From Henriciella sp. (lineage in GTDB: Bacteria; Pseudomonadota; Alphaproteobacteria; Caulobacterales; Hyphomonadaceae), in the NCBI RefSeq assembly GCF_029936995.1, contig NZ_JAPYRE010000006.1, positions 1-40,000 of the forward strand: DNA of 40,000 bases, read 5' to 3'. This document shows, piece after piece, positions 1 through 7,877 of the stretch (position 1 is the first letter of the stretch; the number at the start of each line of letters is the position of its first letter). The position numbers were made by a program, and so were the translations under genes. Under the pieces are notes generated by a model. That model saw nothing but the letters and a program-made list of their open reading frames with translations. It ran no database searches and had not been told where the DNA came from.

Positions 1-12
1 GTGGTGGCGCCG

Positions 13-315
13 TCATCCCGGACACGCGAGGCGTGATCCGGGACCTGCTTCCGGGCGGCCGGGATGACGACCCACCTCCATCTCCCGCGCCATCAGGACG
101 ATGAGGCGGCGGGTCAGCGCCTCGGCGGGGCGCAGCAGGCGCAATATGTAACGGCGCAGGGCATGCGGGATACGCTCCGGCCCGGCGCCGTCGACCACAC
201 CGGCCAGCAGCATCAGCCGGGCGAGCAGCGCCTCAAGCTGCGGCCGGATGCGCGCCATAGCGCCCTGAAGATGCCGGTCTGTCTGCGGTCTCGTCATGGT
301 GTGAGGACGGTACAC
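13..315 (-). CDS. hypothetical protein
   Basis: 100-aa ORF in the track with host-type high-GC composition and a Leu/Arg-rich helical look (ALRRYILRLLRPAEALTRRLIVLMA). I recognise no motif. The competing + strand ORF 64..345 looks like GC-driven noise. Confidence 0.3.
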   Translation of the reverse strand: MYRPHTMTRPQTDRHLQGAMARIRPQLEALLARLMLLAGVVDGAGPERIPHALRRYILRLLRPAEALTRRLIVLMAREMEVGRHPGRPEAGPGSRLACPG

Positions 316-385
316 CAGGAGTCCGGCTGTAGGATGAATTGGTGAAGGGATGGTCCGGGCGCTGTCTCCGCGCTAGGTCTTGTGG

Positions 386-913
386 ATGACCGCTGACCTC
401 AAATCCGTTCTCCTGCTCCAGCATGACATGGCGTGGAAACTCGCCAGCCATCATCTCGACGGGCTGACCACGGAGGCCTGCCTGTGGCGGCCGGGCGGGG
501 ACACCGGCCTGCATGTGCGCGAGGGCAATGACGGGCTGTGGCGCGCCGACTGGCCCGACCATGAAAGCTATGACATCGGCCCGGCGAGCATCGGCTGGAT
601 CACCTGGCACATGCTCTACTGGTGGCGCACGGCGCTGAACCAGAGCTTTGGCGACGAACAGCTGAAACGAGAGGAGATTTTCTGGCCGGGCAGTGCCGAT
701 GGCGTCCGCGAGGCGCTGTCTTCACTACGTACGCGCTGGGTGGGGGCGGTTTCCGCGCTCGACGCGGAAGCTCTCGGCCGCGACCGGCTGACCCGCTGGC
801 CCTTCACCGGACGTCCGTTTGCCGACGTGGTCGCTTGGGCCAATATGGAGCTGACCAAGAGCGCGTCCGAGATGGGGTATGTGCTGTTTTTGAGGGGGGC
901 GGCCCAAGTTTGA
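386..913 (+). CDS. DinB-family (DinB_2-like helical bundle) protein
   Basis: Track ORF 380..913 starts at TTG; the first ATG is at 386 (MTADLKSVLLLQHDMAWKLASHHLDGLT...). The size (~175 aa) and His/Trp-rich helical pattern resemble DinB/YfiT-type proteins. The assignment is by eye only. Confidence 0.5.
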   Translation: MTADLKSVLLLQHDMAWKLASHHLDGLTTEACLWRPGGDTGLHVREGNDGLWRADWPDHESYDIGPASIGWITWHMLYWWRTALNQSFGDEQLKREEIFWPGSADGVREALSSLRTRWVGAVSALDAEALGRDRLTRWPFTGRPFADVVAWANMELTKSASEMGYVLFLRGAAQV

Positions 914-921
914 CCCCGGGA

Positions 922-950
922 CCGCTCATCCCGGCGAAGGCCGGGATCTC
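922..950 (+). repeat. REP-like palindromic element, copy A
   Basis: Sequence CCGCTCATCCCGGCGAAGGCCGGGATCTC, with a 7-bp stem TCCCGGC/GCCGGGA around a GAAG loop. It is 29/29 identical to the reverse complement of 14946..14974. Confidence 0.85.
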
Positions 951-983
951 TCTCAGCAGAGGCCATACTCAAATTGCCGGAGG

Positions 984-1008
984 CCCCGGCCTGCGCCGGG
1001 GTCAGCGG
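984..1008 (-). repeat. REP-like palindromic element, copy A' (inverted partner of copy A)
   Basis: The reverse complement reads CCGCTGACCCCGGCGCAGGCCGGGG, two mismatches from copy B. The stem is CCCCGGC/GCCGGGG. It forms a convergent doublet with copy A, 33 bp apart. Confidence 0.75.
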
Positions 1009-1055
1009 ATAAAGGAAAGCCTTGGAATTGCTTTGCCGTGAGGCTAGCAGAAGCC

Positions 1056-1340
1056 ATGGCGTTCCATGTCTACATCATGACCAACCGGCCACATGGGGTG
1101 CTGTATACAGGCATGACGGACGATCTGAACCGGCGGGCCTGGGAGCATCGGGAACACCTGATCCGCGGTTTCACACACAAATATAATTGCGAAATGCTCG
1201 TCTGGTACGAACTGCACGAGACCCGCGAGAGCGCGTTCGAGCGGGAACGCCGTATCAAGGACTGGAAGCGGGCCTGGAAGGTCCGGCTCATTGAGGAGAT
1301 GAACCCGGACTGGCGCGACCTGGCGGATGTCCTCTTGTGA
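1056..1340 (+). CDS. small GIY-YIG nuclease superfamily protein (UPF0213/COG2827-like)
   Basis: ATG at 1056 gives MAFHVYIMTNRPHGVLYTGMTDDLNRRAWEHRE...FERERRIKDWKRAWK. This shows the GIY-YIG hallmarks (YIM...LYTG, R..EH, E..IK.W) in a ~95-aa single-domain protein. Confidence 0.85.
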   Translation: MAFHVYIMTNRPHGVLYTGMTDDLNRRAWEHREHLIRGFTHKYNCEMLVWYELHETRESAFERERRIKDWKRAWKVRLIEEMNPDWRDLADVLL

Positions 1341-1352
1341 CTCCCCACTTGT

Positions 1353-1379
1353 CCGCTCACCCCGGCGAAGGCCGGGGGG
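1353..1379 (+). repeat. REP-like element copy B (5' portion), abutting the left end of the insertion; contains the left target-site duplication 1360..1377
   Basis: Sequence CCGCTCACCCCGGCGAAGGCCGGGGGG. The 5' arm CCGCTCA is present, but the usual 3' flank TCTC is missing here and is found instead after 14910. Confidence 0.8.
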
Positions 1380-1404
1380 TATAGTGATGTCTCAGAGAAA
1401 ATAT
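1374..1404 (+). repeat. left terminal inverted repeat
   Basis: GGGGGGTATAGTGATGTCTCAGAGAAAATAT compared with the reverse complement of 14866..14896, GGGGGGTATAGTGATGTCCGGTAGAAAATAT. There are 18 matches, then 4 mismatches, then 9 matches. The G6 run overlaps the duplicated target. Confidence 0.8.
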
Positions 1405-1438
1405 CTACGCGGTACAAGTAGAGCGAGCCCGAAGCTCG

Positions 1439-2464
1439 CTACGTCCGGTAGGTCCAGGGAGCGTTCAATTCGAACTGCTCCGATGTACAGAGGTAGAGCA
1501 GGTCGCGAACGGCGGTTATTGCATTTCCTGACTGATGTGGACGCGCATCCTGACTACGATGCATCAGCTCGTTACGTGCCTTTCTTAGTTCATTCAGCCG
1601 ATCGGTAAGGTATTTATCAAGCACCCCGTACTTCTCCAAATGTGCAATACGATCAGCTGCCCGCATTTCCTTCAACTTATTCTTGGAAATCGTCTCATCG
1701 CTACTTCTCTCGGCAAACCCAGCCTTGGCGGGATGCCCTACGACAAACCCAGCTGAGTACAACAACTCCTCTAAAAGCACTTCTGCAATTGTCGCACTGA
1801 GTGCGACGCTTGCTCCAGCGTGCTGACGAGAGTGGAGTACAACAGCTTGATAAGTCATCGTTATAAGAGCGGTGTAATCGGCAACTCTGTTTTCTGAATT
1901 GGCTGCCATCAGACGATCAGCAAGTTCAACACCCTCGCGGAACTGCTCGCTTGAAATTGAATTTTGCCATGCCGAGCGACCTTGTGGAGCTGCACTTGCC
2001 AGCAAAGCCCGTAGTCGTTGCTCGTCGCTCTTAAAAAACTCAACTTCGTTTGTGGTAGAGGATCGGTCCCAATTGAATAGCTCATCCAGCCCTGGGTAAC
2101 GTGGCTCCTTGATGGATGAATTTTTTGAGAAGGCGTACTTTCCGAATATGCAGGCTGATACAAATACCGCCTGCTCAAGTCGTCGGGTTTGAACTTCCAG
2201 CATGTTATCTCTGCTCTGAGTAACGACCTCAGGTATTACGCCCGGCGCGTCGCTATCAAATAGGTCGAACTTTCCAAGGTTGGTTTTTTCAAAATCGAAA
2301 GCGAGCAGACCTACATTGACTGCTACAACCGTCAGACCATTGTTGAGCGTATATTCGGCAGAAATTCGGGTAGTAAGCTTACGATCTCCGGAAGGCTGGT
2401 CATACGTGTAGTAGGCGTTCGGCAAGATCGCGAACCGGGTCGGGAACGGTCTAGAAATGATCAT
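1439..2464 (-). CDS. hypothetical protein with C-terminal HEPN-like Rx4H motif
   Basis: 341-aa ORF with low-GC codon usage. The C-terminal helical region contains LNELRKARNELMHRSQ, i.e. R-N-x-x-x-H (codons 1559..1576), the signature of HEPN RNase domains. I recognise nothing in the N-terminal ~280 aa. Confidence 0.45.
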   Translation of the reverse strand: MIISRPFPTRFAILPNAYYTYDQPSGDRKLTTRISAEYTLNNGLTVVAVNVGLLAFDFEKTNLGKFDLFDSDAPGVIPEVVTQSRDNMLEVQTRRLEQAVFVSACIFGKYAFSKNSSIKEPRYPGLDELFNWDRSSTTNEVEFFKSDEQRLRALLASAAPQGRSAWQNSISSEQFREGVELADRLMAANSENRVADYTALITMTYQAVVLHSRQHAGASVALSATIAEVLLEELLYSAGFVVGHPAKAGFAERSSDETISKNKLKEMRAADRIAHLEKYGVLDKYLTDRLNELRKARNELMHRSQDARPHQSGNAITAVRDLLYLCTSEQFELNAPWTYRT

Positions 2465-2479
2465 AGTATTTTCTTGAAC

Positions 2480-4090
2480 TCAGGAGGATATCGGCCAATC
2501 GGCCAATGGTATTTCACGCACCAATCTGTCCTTAACTTGATGGGTGGTCATGCCGTATCGTTTCGCTAATTCCTCGCAAGCGCTGTTGCGGCTCCTGAAC
2601 ACTTCTCCTTCAAACTTAAATGGTTTTGCGGAAGTAGGCCCCAAGGGAGCGGTCAAAGCCTCTTCAACACTCATTCCTGACTTAATGCGATAATCAAAAA
2701 CGTTTCGGCGGACGCCGTGCGCGTCCAAAGCAGCTTGTTTTGTCGTCCATGTCTTACCGAACGCGGCGAACTTCTTGCCATGTGTTCGCCGAACTACTTG
2801 CTTCGACGACATTAGCGTCCAATTGTCAGGTCCCCACGGTCGCGATTCATCTGAGCGCGTCAGCATTAGTCCAGACTGATCGATGGTCCCGATGTCGGAT
2901 TTAAATTGATTATAATCGAGCCAAGCTTCTTCTACGCCGCTCTCTCCCGCACGTTTGAGAATGCCTTTCCACTGCCGCCATAGTTCACCGCCAGCGTCTG
3001 GATGATTGCTTTGGGCTCGCGCTGTTTCAGGTAGGGGTTCGTTGTTTCGGTAGCGATTGATAATGACGTGAGTGGCCAACCCGGTTTCATCGGAGAGTAC
3101 TCTGGCCATCTTTTCTATCGATCTAAACTCTCGCCCCTGCCAATTTACTCGCTTTCCATCATATCGGCCAATCTGGCCTCCGGGACGGACATTGTATCCT
3201 TGTGGATGCAGGCTATTAAGCTTTTCAATCCAGAATATTTCTCGTTGATCCAGACCATCTGCCGATCTCCCGGCACTCTCCAAAGAAATCTCTTCTAGAA
3301 CTTGGAGCCTAAACGCAGCCCCACCTTTCTTTCGCAAGGCTTTATGAAAAGGTGTCTTGCTTCCAGTCTCAGCGTAATTGAGATGTTGTCGGAAGCGGAT
3401 TTGCGGTTTGTTGACTGTTAGCCCGACGTAGGTTTTTCCCGTCGCCTTTTCGATGATTGCGTAGATGTAGCCAGGTTCATTAGATTCGGTTGGTGGTTCA
3501 CGCAAAAGGTCGTCCGTATCCCACTGAGCCTTTCGTCGAGAGTTCAATAAGCCTTTGTCGGCGTAGCGTCCTATAGACTTCAAAAAGGCGGTGAAGCCAG
3601 AATAGTCGCCTTGAGCGTTTGGATATTCCGTACCAGAGTAAGAGAATCCGGAGCGCCGCCCACCTCCGTAGAAAGTCTTCCAGTCGGCGCTGGATAATAG
3701 GGCGGCATCGCGGAGTGCGGATTGGGATATTTCTGTTCTTCGCTTCGCTAATGAAGTGAGCCGAGTTCTGAAAACGGGATATTGAACGGAGCCATCGGCC
3801 AAATCAGCATAAAGCACGTCGACGCGTTGCTCGCCATCATCTGTCTCTACCCATGTCACTCGGGAGCCGTGTTTACGGCGATAAACCTCCGGCGTGGAGT
3901 ACAAACACTCCTCAACCACTTCTTCGGTTAATTCCCCTTGTTTCGCTCTCGTACGTAGACGCCCGCCGATTGTTACTGCTTTGTTTGTGGGTGGAGGTAC
4001 CGCTGCGTCTAATAGCTCCGACAAAGAGCGATATACATACCCACGAAAGGGAAGATTAGGGAGTTGGGCATTGTGGGCTCTCTTTGCCAA
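2480..4090 (-). CDS. multi-module GIY-YIG endonuclease (homing-endonuclease-like) with repeated putative DNA-binding modules
   Basis: 536 aa. The central GIY-YIG domain (about 3176..3478) reads PGYIYAIIEKATGKTYVGLTVNKPQIRFRQH...REIFWIEKLNSLHPQGYNVRPGG. There are four copies of a ~35-aa module: FRGYVYRSLSEL, WQGREFRSIEKMARVLSDETGLATHVIINRYR, FGKTWTTKQAALDAHGVRRNVFDYRIKSGMSVEEAL and FEGEVFRSRNSACEELAKRYGMTTHQVKDRL. Confidence 0.75.
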   Translation of the reverse strand: MAKRAHNAQLPNLPFRGYVYRSLSELLDAAVPPPTNKAVTIGGRLRTRAKQGELTEEVVEECLYSTPEVYRRKHGSRVTWVETDDGEQRVDVLYADLADGSVQYPVFRTRLTSLAKRRTEISQSALRDAALLSSADWKTFYGGGRRSGFSYSGTEYPNAQGDYSGFTAFLKSIGRYADKGLLNSRRKAQWDTDDLLREPPTESNEPGYIYAIIEKATGKTYVGLTVNKPQIRFRQHLNYAETGSKTPFHKALRKKGGAAFRLQVLEEISLESAGRSADGLDQREIFWIEKLNSLHPQGYNVRPGGQIGRYDGKRVNWQGREFRSIEKMARVLSDETGLATHVIINRYRNNEPLPETARAQSNHPDAGGELWRQWKGILKRAGESGVEEAWLDYNQFKSDIGTIDQSGLMLTRSDESRPWGPDNWTLMSSKQVVRRTHGKKFAAFGKTWTTKQAALDAHGVRRNVFDYRIKSGMSVEEALTAPLGPTSAKPFKFEGEVFRSRNSACEELAKRYGMTTHQVKDRLVREIPLADWPISS

Positions 4091-4122
4091 TTTGTCCTCA
4101 GTTTGCGTTGGTCTCAGCTAGC

Positions 4123-4344
4123 TTATTCATCGAGAGTTTGTTCATTCAAAAAATCTCGTGGGTGTACATTAAGCGCTTCAGCGATGCGCCCCAGCATTTC
4201 AACGGTCGGATTGTATTCACCCCGTTCAATGCCGCCGAGATAGCGCATATCCATGTCCGCTGTGAGTGCAAGTTGTTCCTGGCTCAGGCCCGCCTGCCTT
4301 CGAATTTTTCGAATGTTCAGGCCAACGACCTTTTCCCAAAACAT
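4123..4344 (-). CDS. XRE-family helix-turn-helix transcriptional regulator
   Basis: 73 aa with the classic Cro/C1 HTH: LNIRKIRRQAGLSQEQLALTADMDMRYLGGIERGEYNPTVEMLGRIAEAL. Confidence 0.85.
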   Translation of the reverse strand: MFWEKVVGLNIRKIRRQAGLSQEQLALTADMDMRYLGGIERGEYNPTVEMLGRIAEALNVHPRDFLNEQTLDE

Positions 4345-4378
4345 TCAGCCAATTAGTTAAACAAAATGCAACCTCACT

Positions 4379-4394
4379 AGGGTATATATACCCT
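4379..4394. promoter_or_regulatory. perfect 16-bp palindrome, candidate operator of the XRE regulator
   Basis: AGGGTATATATACCCT is its own reverse complement. It lies in the 93-bp divergent intergenic region between the XRE gene (start 4344) and the secreted-protein gene (start 4438). Confidence 0.5.
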
Positions 4395-4437
4395 ATTATG
4401 TGGCCTACCCCGTATGGATGGGCGAATGGAGGTTGCT

Positions 4438-5157
4438 ATGTATCGGTTCGTGACAGTTTTGCTTGTAGCGGGTGTGGCGTTTGCAAGCTCGGCAGATGCC
4501 GAACAAATCACACACCAAACGGAAGCCAACGCATCGCTAGAATTTAACTGGCCGGATATTAACTCTGACATCATTCCGGACGCTCGCGTGAAAGGCGCTG
4601 TCAGAGGTGCGAGAGAAAACTATCAAAGAGCAATTAATGCTGCCGAGCGGGCGAATGCATCCGCTGGGAAATTGCCAGGTTATATCGAAGAAGGAGAACC
4701 ATTCCGGGAGATTGTCTCTGAGGGTGTAATCCTCGAAGGCGTACTCTTCGATAAGGGAGTGCCCCCTCAACAGAAATTATTTGCCGGAGAAATCGAATAC
4801 GAGACGGGCTCTACCGCTCGCGGGCTTGTGGCATTCCTATACTATCCGGACATGTCGAATTGGGGGGAGGTGGTTGCAGACTTTGCACCCGAAAAACCCT
4901 ATTCGCAATTTGAAGGTGATATGAAGCGCCCGTCTGAAGCTGGCGCTTATCCAATGGAAGGCGTGCTCACATACCGCAATGGCGACACCTTCACTGGCTT
5001 GTTCTACACGTGGGGTGGGGCCAGCGGCATCTACGAAGCCGCGAATGGAAAGCGCAGTTTTTCAGGCGACTTCGATACCGTGGGTCTTATGATGCATCCC
5101 AAGAAAGGGGTGGTCGAAGATCAGAACGGTCAGCTTCTTTCGGTTGTTCTTGACTAG
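4438..5157 (+). CDS. secreted hypothetical protein (signal peptide; weak MORN-like repeats)
   Basis: ATG at 4438 is preceded by GGAGG at 4428..4432. The N-terminus MYRFVTVLLVAGVAFASSADA is a typical Sec signal. GVLTYRNGDTFTGLFYTWGGASGIYEAANGKRSFSGDF is weakly MORN-like. Confidence 0.55.
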   Translation: MYRFVTVLLVAGVAFASSADAEQITHQTEANASLEFNWPDINSDIIPDARVKGAVRGARENYQRAINAAERANASAGKLPGYIEEGEPFREIVSEGVILEGVLFDKGVPPQQKLFAGEIEYETGSTARGLVAFLYYPDMSNWGEVVADFAPEKPYSQFEGDMKRPSEAGAYPMEGVLTYRNGDTFTGLFYTWGGASGIYEAANGKRSFSGDFDTVGLMMHPKKGVVEDQNGQLLSVVLD

Positions 5158-5164
5158 ATACCTT

Positions 5165-6976
5165 TCATGAAAACACCGCAAGCGGCCTGGCATCTGGCTC
5201 AGGATATCCAGTGTCCCCCACCTTGTTCGCTTCTTTCCCAATCAACTGAACGCCGGTCACCTCAACGGTCCGGCGATATGTTTCTCCGGTATCGACCGGC
5301 CCGCCATTCTCGAACTTGTCTTCCGGGCTGAGATGATAGAGCGCTATCGCCTCAGCATAGGTCTTCAGCTGATCTAGGCTGATTGGCTCGCTGGTTTCGC
5401 GATCGAAGACCTTCCCGGCGAGACTGGCACTATCCCGTTCAAACGGCGCAATCGGTTTCGGCAACCTCATCTTTCGTGGCCGCCCCCGCCTAGACGGTTC
5501 AGCCTCTTCGACCGGCATATCCACCCAGGCTTCTGTCCTCGCCGTCGGCGCGGCCATGAATCCATAGGGCTTTACCCGTGCCTCGTATGGTTTCCCCGCA
5601 TTGAAATGCTTCATGTAGCGCAGCATTTCCGGGCTTGTTGCACCCCACCGCATCAAGGCCGGATTGGAGAGCGCTGGATGGAAATCGATGCGAACTTGAT
5701 CCGGCGTACCGTCCAGGGCGGCTTTCAGGATAAAGAACCAGAAATCATACTGCCAGCGATGGATACCCATTGCCCGTAAGTCTTCGATCGGCGGGGGAAC
5801 ACCGGGTGCTGGATCATCTTCCGAATAAGGCGGCATCCATTGCCCAAGCCCATGGGCTGAAGCTTTCCGAATGACCGGCAAGCCATCTTTACCGATATTG
5901 AACAAGGCATAGCGCTTGGCTGAAATCGCCCATGCAAACAAGGGTTCAATCTCTTCATCCGATCCGGGGGCATAGTTCACATCCTCGATTTGAAGAATGG
6001 AGCCCGCCTCCTTGTAGGGATTGAGGTGGGTGAACCAATCGACAACCGTGTTGACGCGAGCGTGAAAGTCACTCCGCGAAAGGCCATCAGGCCGGGCAAG
6101 TGCAATACTGTCTGTGTCGCAGAAGACCCAACTGAGGCCCGCATCCTGACCCACCCGTTCCGCACAGGCGAGCATGAGCCGCGCGGCGCCGGTGATCATG
6201 GCGGCGAGCACGGGATTGAAATATGTGCCGGGCCTCTCGCTTGCGGTTGAGTGGAAGGTGAAAGGCTTACCATCCAACCCGATGACATGCAGGTCTGCCG
6301 GATCGCTCAGATCATCGCGGACAATTTCGGCAAAGATGCCATAACAGGTCGAGTTCGCGAGGATTTTGAGCTGGCTCTGGATTGGGTCGCCCGCCGCTTT
6401 CGCCTCGTCCCGCATATCGATGAGCCGGACAAACATATCCTCCGTGTTCGGATCGAAGAGATATTCTTTCCGGCCCAAGAGATTTATCGGTCTCAGGTCG
6501 GGTTGTTTCGGTCCAGCCGTGAACCGCACGGCCTTTTCAATCTGCGGGACTTTGCCAGTCAGGAGTTTTGAAGCGACAATATCCGCCAGCGTGTACCAAA
6601 GAGGCTTTTCCGACACGACATGGTTTAGACCGATCGTCGCTGTCTGGCGCTCTTCGCTGTAGCGTGCCCGCACAGGCAAGGCGTCACTCTCCGGTCGAAG
6701 CTGCACGATCGCATGAAGCTCACCCCAGATGTCCTGACGGTTCAAATCTTCCAGGGTGACGTTTTCGAGAAAGCGCTGAATAGCTTCGGTGTCCTCGAAA
6801 TGATCGAAATGCGTCGCGACCAGGAAGGCATTCAGCCCCATGAGCGCATTGACGGTTGGATACATCGACTTGAAGTCGCAATAGACGACTTCGCGAATGG
6901 ACCGGCGGATGCGAACTTCCGCCCGCCCGCCATAATAGGTGGTCATGGTTTGCCCAAAGATTTGACGATTAAGCAT
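5165..6976 (-). CDS. polB: family-B DNA polymerase, polymerase (palm/fingers/thumb) portion
   Basis: 603 aa with YYGGRAEV (pre-motif A), VVYCDFKSMYPTV (motif A, DxxSxYP), LKILANSTCYGIF (motif B, KxxxNSxYG), VFCDTDSIAL (motif C, DTDS) and ISAKRYALF (KxY). The motifs are collinear with the phi29-type protein-primed PolB as I remember it. Confidence 0.9.
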   Translation of the reverse strand: MLNRQIFGQTMTTYYGGRAEVRIRRSIREVVYCDFKSMYPTVNALMGLNAFLVATHFDHFEDTEAIQRFLENVTLEDLNRQDIWGELHAIVQLRPESDALPVRARYSEERQTATIGLNHVVSEKPLWYTLADIVASKLLTGKVPQIEKAVRFTAGPKQPDLRPINLLGRKEYLFDPNTEDMFVRLIDMRDEAKAAGDPIQSQLKILANSTCYGIFAEIVRDDLSDPADLHVIGLDGKPFTFHSTASERPGTYFNPVLAAMITGAARLMLACAERVGQDAGLSWVFCDTDSIALARPDGLSRSDFHARVNTVVDWFTHLNPYKEAGSILQIEDVNYAPGSDEEIEPLFAWAISAKRYALFNIGKDGLPVIRKASAHGLGQWMPPYSEDDPAPGVPPPIEDLRAMGIHRWQYDFWFFILKAALDGTPDQVRIDFHPALSNPALMRWGATSPEMLRYMKHFNAGKPYEARVKPYGFMAAPTARTEAWVDMPVEEAEPSRRGRPRKMRLPKPIAPFERDSASLAGKVFDRETSEPISLDQLKTYAEAIALYHLSPEDKFENGGPVDTGETYRRTVEVTGVQLIGKEANKVGDTGYPEPDARPLAVFS

Positions 6977-7877
6977 CGTGATCCCTCCGCAGAAGCGGGC
7001 GAATATTCATTTCGCGCAGGAGGGCTTTGCCGAGACTGGCTTCACTGAGAATACGTTTGAGCGGCGTCGATAGACCGAAGTCCGCATAGGTTTTGGCGAG
7101 AGCCGTGTAACAATCCCAGGTCACTTGAACATCAGCCCGTGCATAGTCGAGATATTGCCAGCTAAGGGGGCCGCCATGCTCATCGGTCTCGTGTTTCCGT
7201 GTCGGCGTGTTCAGACGCTCTGCCAGTTTGCCGAGAGAGAACCGGCCTGAGAGAAGCGCTGCCGCCAAGGTCCGCACATCCAGAAAGGTCCCACGATTGT
7301 GTTCTGTTTTCTCATTGCGTTTGCGCATGCCTCGAGATTGCTGCTGATCACCCGGCGTGGCGAAATCCATAAGCGCGGCTGTGGCGTTGAGATGTTTGAC
7401 GCGAATGTTCGGATCGCTCTTCCAGCGGGTGGACCAGAATGTGAAGCCGCCACGCATACTGCCCCGCGCTTCGCTTGCTCCTTTGGCGATCCGGGCGATA
7501 TCAAAGGGTAGATTAAATCCGATGATCGCTCCATTGGCGCGATAGCCAATATCCAGAATGACACTCTTGCGGAAATCCTCGACGGTGAGAACCGTCAACC
7601 CGTTCGCGGTGGCATAATCGGAAATCAGCGTCTGTTCCGCCTGCGGTAAATCCGGCGCCGTGAAGATCACCTCCTTGATCAACACGCCGGCTTTACGGAT
7701 TTGAGCGACACCGAAGCGAAGCGTCTGGATCGCATCGCTTGTGGTTTCAGTGTCGAAGATGATTTGCCAATCCGATGTCAGGTCGAATTCAAAGCCTGCG
7801 GGGCGGAAGACCTTCGGTGTCCAGTTAGAAGGCTCGGAATAGGCCCGCACATGTATATGAGTTCTGAAAGTGCTCAT
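6969..7877 (-). CDS. polB: family-B DNA polymerase, N-terminal 3'-5' exonuclease portion
   Basis: IIFDTETT (ExoI, DxE), IIGFNLPFDIARI (ExoII, NxxxFD) and YLDYARADVQV (ExoIII, YxxxD). The likely start is ATG at 7877 (MSTFRTHIHV), overlapping the HNH stop as ATGA. The stop overlaps the next ORF's start as ATGCTTAA (6969..6976). Confidence 0.85.
   Translation of the reverse strand: MSTFRTHIHVRAYSEPSNWTPKVFRPAGFEFDLTSDWQIIFDTETTSDAIQTLRFGVAQIRKAGVLIKEVIFTAPDLPQAEQTLISDYATANGLTVLTVEDFRKSVILDIGYRANGAIIGFNLPFDIARIAKGASEARGSMRGGFTFWSTRWKSDPNIRVKHLNATAALMDFATPGDQQQSRGMRKRNEKTEHNRGTFLDVRTLAAALLSGRFSLGKLAERLNTPTRKHETDEHGGPLSWQYLDYARADVQVTWDCYTALAKTYADFGLSTPLKRILSEASLGKALLREMNIRPLLRRDHDA

Noticed and set aside
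6969-6976. Programmed ribosomal frameshift joining the two PolB ORFs
   Set aside because: There is no slippery heptamer or obvious downstream structure at the overlap. ATGCTTAA is a standard stop/start coupling arrangement. A simple indel or a genuine split remain the live alternatives.
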